From contig OZ024759.1 of assembly GCA_964016885.1 (NCBI GenBank), forward strand, positions 24,180,001-24,244,000: DNA of 64,000 bases, in the 5' to 3' direction. The notes beneath the pieces were generated by a model, which saw only the letters and a program-made list of their open reading frames with translations, had not been told where the DNA came from and did not search any database. Shown here piece after piece: positions 55,801 to 64,000 of this stretch (its first letter is position 1; each line of letters begins with the position of its first letter). The stretch comes from Eledone cirrhosa (Eukaryota). The translations under genes and the position numbers were made by a program.

Positions 55801-58800
55801 TATCTCATAACCATTCCTATATTCGTCTTTCCAAGTCATGTGCTTTCACACTTTGAGCCCAGTTTACTTCGATATATCTCTATATAGCTCTATCTTCCTT
55901 TTAACGGAAAACACCATGCTGTCTGGCTATCTCTCACCCAATCTACCTCATACTCTCTACCTCTTTTTGAGTAATCCCTTGCTTGTCTTTCAAGCAAGTT
56001 GGTCTTTACTCCTATGGACGTATAAACCTTTACACTATCTCATAACCATTCCTATATTCGTCTTTCCAAGTCATGTGCTTTCACACTTTGAGCCCAGTTT
56101 ACTTCGATATATCTCTATATATCTCTATCTTCCTTTTAACGGAAAACACCATGCTGTCTGGCTATCTCTCTCCCAATCTACCTCATACTCTCTAGCACTT
56201 TTTTAGTAATCCCTTGCTTGTCTTTCAAGCAAGTTGGTCTTTACTCCTATGGACGTATAAACCTTTACACTATCTCATAACCATTCCTATATTCGTCTTT
56301 CCAAGTCATGTGCTTTCACACTTTGAGCCCAGTTTACTTCGATATATCCCTATATATCTCTATTTTCCTTTTAACGGAAAACACCATGCTGTCTGGCTAT
56401 CTCTCTCCCAATCTACCTCATACTCTCTACCTCTTTTTGAGTAATCCCTTGCTTGTCTTTCAAGCAAGTTGGTCTTTACTCCTATGGACGTATATACCTT
56501 TACACTATCTCATAACCATTCCTATATTCGTCTTTCCAAAACATGTGCTTTAACACTTTGAGCCCAGTTTACTTCGATATATCCCTATATATCTCTATTT
56601 TCCTTTTAACGGAAAACACCATGCTGTCTGGCTCTCTCTCTCCCTTATCTACCTCATGCGATCTACCTCTTTTTGAGTAATCCCTTGCTTGTCTTTCAAG
56701 CAAGTTGGTCTTTACTCCCATGGACGTATAAACCTTTACACTATCTCATAACCATTCCCATATTCGTCTTTCCAAGTCATGTGCTTTAACACTTTGAGCC
56801 CAGTTTACTTCGATATATCTCTATATATCTCTATTTTCCTTTTAACGGAAAACACCATGCTGTCTGGCTATCTCTCTCCCAATCTACCTCATACTCTCTA
56901 CCTCTTTTTGAGTAATCCCTTGCTTGTCTTTCAAGCAAGTTGGTCTTTACTCCTATGGACGTATAAACCTTTACACTATCTCATAACCATTCCTATATTC
57001 GTCTTTCCAAGTCATGTGCTTTCACACTTTGAGCACAGTTTACTTCGATATATCCCTATATATCTCTATTTTCCTTTTAACGGAAAACACCATGCTGTCT
57101 GGCTCACTCTCTCCCTTAGCTACCTCATGCGATCTACCTCATTTTGAGTAATCCCTTGCTTGTCTTTCAAGCAAGTTGGTCTTTACTCCTATGGACGTAT
57201 AAACCTTTACACTATCTCATAACCATTCCTATATTCGTCTTTCCAAGTCATGTGCTTTCACACTTTGAGCCCAGTTTACTTCGATATATCTCTATATATC
57301 TCTATCTTCCTTTTAACGGAAAGCACCATGCTGTCTGGCTATCTCTCACCGAATCTACCTCATACTCTCTACCTCTTTTTGAGTAATCCCTTGCTTGTCT
57401 TTCAAGCAAGTTGGTCTTTACTCCTATGGACGTATAAACCTTTACACTATCTCATAACCATTCCTATATTCGTCTTTCCAAGTCATGTGCTTTCACACTT
57501 TGAGCCCAGTTTACTTCGATATATCCCTATATATCTCTATTTTCCTTTTAACGGAAAACACCATGCTGTCTGGCTATCTCTCTCCCAATCTACCTCATAC
57601 TCTCTACCTCTTTTTGAGTAATCCCTTGCTTGTCTTTCAAGCAAGTTGGTCTTTACTCCTATGGACGTATATACCTTTACACTATCTCATAACCATTCCT
57701 ATATTCGTCTTTCCAAAACATGTGCTTTAACACTTTGAGCCCAGTTTACTTCGATATATCCCTATATATCTCTATTTTCCTTTTAACGGAAAACACCTTG
57801 CTGTCTGGCTATCTCTCTCCCAATCTACCTCATACTCTCTACCTCTTTTTGAGTAACCCTTGCTTGTCTTTCAAGCAAGTTGGTCTTTACTCCTATGGAC
57901 GTATGAACCTTTACACTATCTCATAACCATTCCTATATTCGTCTTTCCAAGTCATGTGCTTTCACACTTTGAGCCCAGTTTACTTCGATATATCTCTATA
58001 TATCTCTATTTTCCTTTTAACGGAAAACACCATGCTGTCTGGCTATCTCTCTCCCAATCTACCTCATACTCTCTACCTCTTTTTGAGTAATCCCTTGCTT
58101 GTCTTTCAAGCAAGTTGGTCTTTACTCCTATGGACGTATAAACCTTTACACTATCTCATAACCATTCCTATATTCGTCTTTCCAAGTCATGTGCTTTCAC
58201 ACTTTGAGCCCAGTTTACTTCGATATATCTCTATATAGCTCTATCTTCCTTTTAACGGAAAACACCATGCTGTCTGGCTATCTCTCACCCAATCTACCTC
58301 ATACTCTCTACCTCTTTTTGAGTAATCCCTTGCTTGTCTTTCAAGCAAGTTGGTCTTTACTCCTATGGACGTATAAACCTTTACACTATCTCATAACCAT
58401 TCCTATATTCGTCTTTCCAAGTCATGTGCTTTCACACTTTGAGCCCAGTTTACTTCGATATATCTCTATATATCTCTATCTTCCTTTTAACGGAAAACAC
58501 CATGCTGTCTGGCTATCTCTCTCCCAATCTACCTCATACTCTCTAGCACTTTTTTAGTAATCCCTTGCTTGTCTTTCAAGCAAGTTGGTCTTTACTCCTA
58601 TGGACGTATAAACCTTTACACTATCTCATAACCATTCCTATATTCGTCTTTCCAAGTCATGTGCTTTCACACTTTGAGCCCAGTTTACTTCGATATATCC
58701 CTATATATCTCTATTTTCCTTTTAACGGAAAACACCATGCTGTCTGGCTATCTCTCTCCCAATCTACCTCATACTCTCTACCTCTTTTTGAGTAATCCCT

Positions 58801-61400
58801 TGCTTGTCTTTCAAGCAAGTTGGTCTTTACTCCTATGGACGTATATACCTTTACACTATCTCATAACCATTCCTATATTCGTCTTTCCAAAACATGTGCT
58901 TTAACACTTTGAGCCCAGTTTACTTCGATATATCCCTATATATCTCTATTTTCCTTTTAACGGAAAACACCATGCTGTCTGGCTCTCTCTCTCCCTTATC
59001 TACCTCATGCGATCTACCTCTTTTTGAGTAATCCCTTGCTTGTCTTTCAAGCAAGTTGGTCTTTACTCCCATGGACGTATAAACCTTTACACTATCTCAT
59101 AACCATTCCCATATTCGTCTTTCCAAGTCATGTGCTTTAACACTTTGAGCCCAGTTTACTTCGATATATCTCTATATATCTCTATTTTCCTTTTAACGGA
59201 AAACACCATGCTGTCTGGCTATCTCTCTCCCAATCTACCTCATACTCTCTACCTCTTTTTGAGTAATCCCTTGCTTGTCTTTCAAGCAAGTTGGTCTTTA
59301 CTCCTATGGACGTATAAACCTTTACACTATCTCATAACCATTCCTATATTCGTCTTTCCAAGTCATGTGCTTTCACACTTTGAGCACAGTTTACTTCGAT
59401 ATATCCCTATATATCTCTATTTTCCTTTTAACGGAAAACACCATGCTGTCTGGCTCACTCTCTCCCTTAGCTACCTCATGCGATCTACCTCTTTTTGAGT
59501 AATCCCTTGCTTGTCTTTCAAGCAAGTTGGTCTTTACTCCTATGGACGTATAAACCTTTACACTATCTCATAACCATTCCTATATTCGTCTTTCCAAGTC
59601 ATGTGCTTTCACACTTTGAGCCCAGTTTACTTCGATATATCTCTATATATCTCTATCTTCCTTTTAACGGAAAGCACCATGCTGTCTGGCTATCTCTCAC
59701 CGAATCTACCTCATACTCTCTACCTCTTTTTGAGTAATCCCTTGCTTGTCTTTCAAGCAAGTTGGTCTTTACTCCTATGGACGTATAAACCTTTACACTA
59801 TCTCATAACCATTCCTATATTCGTCTTTCCAAGTCATGTGCTTTCACACTTTGAGCCCAGTTTACTTCGATATATCCCTATATATCTCTATTTTCCTTTT
59901 AACGGAAAACACCATGCTGTCTGGCTATCTCTCTCCCAATCTACCTCATACTCTCTACCTCTTTTTGAGTAATCCCTTGCTTGTCTTTCAAGCAAGTTGG
60001 TCTTTACTCCTATGGACGTATATACCTTTACACTATCTCATAACCATTCCTATATTCGTCTTTCCAAAACATGTGCTTTAACACTTTGAGCCCAGTTTAC
60101 TTCGATATATCCCTATATATCTCTATTTTCCTTTTAACGGAAAACACCTTGCTGTCTGGCTATCTCTCTCCCAATCTACCTCATACTCTCTACCTCTTTT
60201 TGAGTAACCCTTGCTTGTCTTTCAAGCAAGTTGGTCTTTACTCCTATGGACGTATGAACCTTTACACTATCTCATAACCATTCCTATATTCGTCTTTCCA
60301 AAACATGTGCTTTAACACTTTGAGCCCAGTTTACTTCGATATATCCCTATATATCTCTATTTTCCTTTTAACGGAAAACACCATGCTGTCTGGCTCTCTC
60401 TCTCCCTTATCTACCTCATGCGATCTACCTCTTTTTGAGTAATCCCTTGCTTGCCTTTCAAGCAAGTTGGTCTTTACTCCCATGGACGTATAAACCTTTA
60501 CACTATCTCATAACCATTCCCATATTCGTCTTTCCAAGTCATGTGCTTTAACACTTTGAGCCCGGTTTACTTCGATATATCTCTATATATCTCTATTTTC
60601 CTTTTAACGGAAAACACCATGCTGTCTGGCTATCTCTCTCCCAATCTACCTCATACTCTCTACCTCTTTTTGAGTAATCCCTTGCTTGTCTTTCAAGCAA
60701 GTTGGTCTTTACTCCTATGGACGTATAAACCTTTACACTATCTCATAACCATTCCTATATTCGTCTTTCCAAGTCATGTGCTTTCACACTTTGAGCCCAG
60801 TTTACTTCGATATATCTCTATATATCTCTATTTTCCTTTTAACGGAAAACACCATGCTGTCTGGCTATCTCTCTCCCAATCTACCTCATACTCTCTACCT
60901 CTTTTTGAGTAATCCCTTGCTTGTCTTTCAAGCAAGTTGGTCTTTACTCCTATGGACGTATAAACCTTTACACTATCTCATAACCATTCCTATATTCGTC
61001 TTTCCAAGTCATGTGCTTTCACACTTTGAGCCCAGTTTACTTCGATATATCTCTATATAGCTCTATCTTCCTTTTAACGGAAAACACCATGCTGTCTGGC
61101 TATCTCTCACCCAATCTACCTCATACTCTCTACCTCTTTTTGAGTAATCCCTTGCTTGTCTTTCAAGCAAGTTGGTCTTTACTCCTATGGACGTATAAAC
61201 CTTTACACTATCTCATAACCATTCCTATATTCGTCTTTCCAAGTCATGTGCTTTCACACTTTGAGCCCAGTTTACTTCGATATATCTCTATATATCTCTA
61301 TCTTCCTTTTAACGGAAAACACCATGCTGTCTGGCTATCTCTCTCCCAATCTACCTCATACTCTCTAGCACTTTTTTAGTAATCCCTTGCTTGTCTTTCA
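52900..61400. repeat. Variable-length higher-order repeat (11-, 10- and 12-monomer units), about 3.3 copies
   Basis: The tataGctc-marked unit has ORF starts at 53017, 55603 (+2586), 57954 (+2351) and 60776 (+2822). Shared markers: gagcAcag, cttaGctacc, ggaaaGcacc, gtataTacc, gtatGaacc. Confidence 0.9.
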
Positions 61401-64000
61401 AGAAAGTTGGTCTTTACTCCTATGGACGTATAAACCTTTACACTATCTCATAACCATTCCTATATTCATCTTTCCAAGTCATGTGCTTTCACATTTTGAG
61501 CCCAGTTTACTTCGATATATCCCTATATATCTCTATTTTCCTTTTAACGGAAAACACCATGCTGTCTGGCTATCTCTCTCCCAATCTACCTCATACTCTC
61601 TACCTCTTTTTGAGTAATCCCTTGCTTGTCTTTCAAGCAAGTTGGTCTTTACTCCTATGGACGTATAAACCTTTACACTATCTCATAACCATTCCTATAT
61701 TCGTCTTTCCAAGTCATGTGCTTTCACACTTTGAGCCCAGTTTACTTCGATATATCTCTATATATCTCTATTTTCCTTTTAACGGAAAACACCATGCTGT
61801 CTGGCTCACTCACTCCCTTAGCTACCTCATGCGATCTACCTCTTTTTGAGTAATCCCTTGCTTGTCTTTCAAGCAAGTTGGTCTTTACTCCTATGGACGT
61901 ATAAACCTTTACACTATCTCATAACCATTCCTATATTCGTCTTTCCAAGTCATGTGCTTTCACACTTTGAGCCCAATTTACTTCGATATATCCCTATATA
62001 TCTCTATTTTACTTTTAACGGAAAACACCATGCTGTCTGGCTATCTCTCTCCCAATATACCTCATACTCTCTACCTCTTTTTGAGTAATCCCTTGCTTGT
62101 CTTTCAAGCAAGTTGGTCTTTACTCCTATGGACGTATATACCTTTACACTATCTCATAACCATTCCTATATTCGTCTTTCCAAAACATGTGCTTTAACAC
62201 TTTGAGCCCAGTTTACTTCGATATATCCCTATATATCTCTATTTTCCTTTTAACGGAAAACACCTTGCTGTCTGGCTATCTCTCTCCCAATCTACCTCAT
62301 ACTCTCTACCTCTTTTTGAGTAACCCTTGCTTGTCTTTCAAGCAAGTTGGTCTTTACTCCTATGGACGTATAAACCTTTACACTATCTCATAACCATTCC
62401 TATATTCATCTTTCCAAGTCATGTGCTTTCACATTTTGAGCCCAGTTTACTTCGATATATCCCTATATATCTCTATTTTCCTTTTAACGGAAAACACCAT
62501 GCTGTCTGGCTATCTCTCTCCCAATCTACCTCATACTCTCTACCTCTTTTTGAGTAATCCCTTGCTTGTCTTTCAAGCAAGTTGGTCTTTACTCCTATGG
62601 ACGTATAAACCTTTACACTATCTCATAACCATTCCTATATTCGTCTTTCCAAGTCATGTGCTTTCACACTTTGAGCCCAGTTTACTTCGATATATCTCTA
62701 TATATCTCTATTTTCCTTTTAACGGAAAACACCATGCTGTCTGGCTATCTCTCTCCCAATCTACCTCATACTCTCTACCTCTTTTTGAGTAATCCCTTGC
62801 TTGTCTTTCAAGCAAGTTGGTCTTTACTCCTATGGACGTATAAACCTTTACACTATCTCATAACCATTCCTATATTCGTCTTTCCAAAACATGTGCTTTA
62901 ACACTTTGAGCCCAGTTTACTTCGATATATCCCTATATATCTCTATTTTCCTTTTAACGGAAAACACCATGCTGTCTGGCTCACTCTCTCCCTTAGCTAC
63001 CTCATGCGATCTATCTCTTTTTGAGTAATCCCTTGCTTGTCTTTCAAGCAAGTTGGTCTTTACTCCTATGGACGTATAAACCTTTACACTATCTCATAAC
63101 CATTCCTATATTCGTCTTTCCAAGTCATGTGCTTTCACACTTTGAGCCCAGTTTATTTCGATATATCTCTATATATCTCTATCTTCCTTTTAACGGAAAG
63201 CACCATGCTGTCTGGCTATCTCTCACCGAATCTACCTCATACTCTCTACCTCTTTTTGAGTAATCCCTTGCTTGTCTTTCAAGCAAGTTGGTCTTTACTC
63301 CTATGGACGTATAAACCTTTACACTATCTCATAACCATTCCTATATTCGTCTTTCCAAGTCATGTGCTTTCACACTTTGAGCCCAGTTTACTTCGATATA
63401 TCCCTATATATCTCTATTTTCCTTTTAACGGAAAACACCATGCTGTCTGGCTATCTCTCTCCCAATCTACCTCATACTCTCTACCTCTTTTTGAGTAATC
63501 CCTTGCTTGTCTTTCAAGCAAGTTGGTCTTTACTCCTATGGACGTATATACCTTTACACTATCTCATAACCATTCCTATATTCGTCTTTCCAAAACATGT
63601 GCTTTAACACTTTGAGCCCAGTTTACTTCGATATATCCCTATATATCTCTATTTTCCTTTTAACGGAAAACACCATGCTGTCTGGCTCTCTCTCTCCCTT
63701 ATCTACCTCATGCGATCTACCTCTTTTTGAGTAATCCCTTGCTTGTCTTTCAAGCAAGTTGGTCTTTACTCCCATGGACGTATAAACCTTTACACTATCT
63801 CATAACCATTCCCATATTCGTCTTTCCAAGTCATGTGCTTTAACACTTTGAGCCCGGTTTACTTCGATATATCTCTATATATCTCTATTTTCCTTTTAAC
63901 GGAAAACACCATGCTGTCTGGCTATCTCTCTCCCAATCTACCTCATACTCTCTACCTCTTTTTGAGTAATCCCTTGCTTGTCTTTCAAGCAAGTTGGTCT

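Larger units (their letters stand above)
1..64000. repeat. Tandem satellite DNA array, 235-bp monomer, about 272 copies in one orientation, continuing past both window edges
   Basis: atctacctcatactc at position 1 recurs at 236, 471 and onward, and ORF-track starts advance in steps of 235 (e.g. 368, 603). Consensus: atctacctcatactctctacctctttttgagtaatcccttgcttgtctttcaagcaagttggtctttactcctatggacgtataaacctttacactatctcataaccattcctatattcgtctttccaagtcatgtgctttcacactttgagcccagtttacttcgatatatctctatatatctctatYttccttttaacggaaaacaccatgctgtctggctatctctcWccca. Most copies differ from it at only a few positions. Confidence 0.99.

Noticed and set aside
27-63607. Hundreds of 68-128 aa ORFs (MCFHTLSPVYFD..., MSNPLLVFQASW...)
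   Set aside because: They are translations of the satellite. Because 235 is not a multiple of 3, each ORF runs through about 1.6 monomers and changes frame relative to the repeat. They overlap each other, variants freely add stops and frameshifts, and the L/S/F/Y/I bias simply reflects the T/C-rich strand.
1-64000. CRISPR array or array of hairpin ncRNA/recombination cassettes, suggested by the periodic palindrome
   Set aside because: The DNA between hairpins is as conserved as the hairpins. There are no unique spacers or cassettes, and no cas, integrase or reverse transcriptase genes.
1-64000. Artefactual or synthetic concatemer (e.g. rolling-circle product)
   Set aside because: Variants are linked into subtypes, nested duplications and position-restricted domains. 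That pattern fits evolutionary history rather than random error. Exact copy numbers still need read validation.

Overview
The whole 64 kb window is one uninterrupted, head-to-tail satellite array with a 235-bp monomer (about 272 copies, all in the same orientation). By hand count the consensus is about 38% GC and about 67% pyrimidine on the + strand. I see no genes, RNA genes, transposon insertions, inversions or unique sequence, and every ORF in the track is a translation of the repeat. The architecture resembles eukaryotic centromeric or pericentromeric satellite (inference), but I do not recognise the family or the species. The informative structure is in the variants. Monomer subtypes carry linked substitutions, and local higher-order duplications have changing periods (3, 4, 5, 6, 7, 9, 10, 11, 12, 17 and 18 monomers). 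Some blocks recur at long range (24, 50, 60 and about 177-244 monomers away). The layout is roughly symmetric: both flanks share private variants that a central ~20 kb domain lacks. Each monomer also carries a perfect 8-bp dyad. I found no evidence of a new protein-coding system. Block boundaries were placed by eye from diagnostic variants and ORF-track offsets and are approximate.
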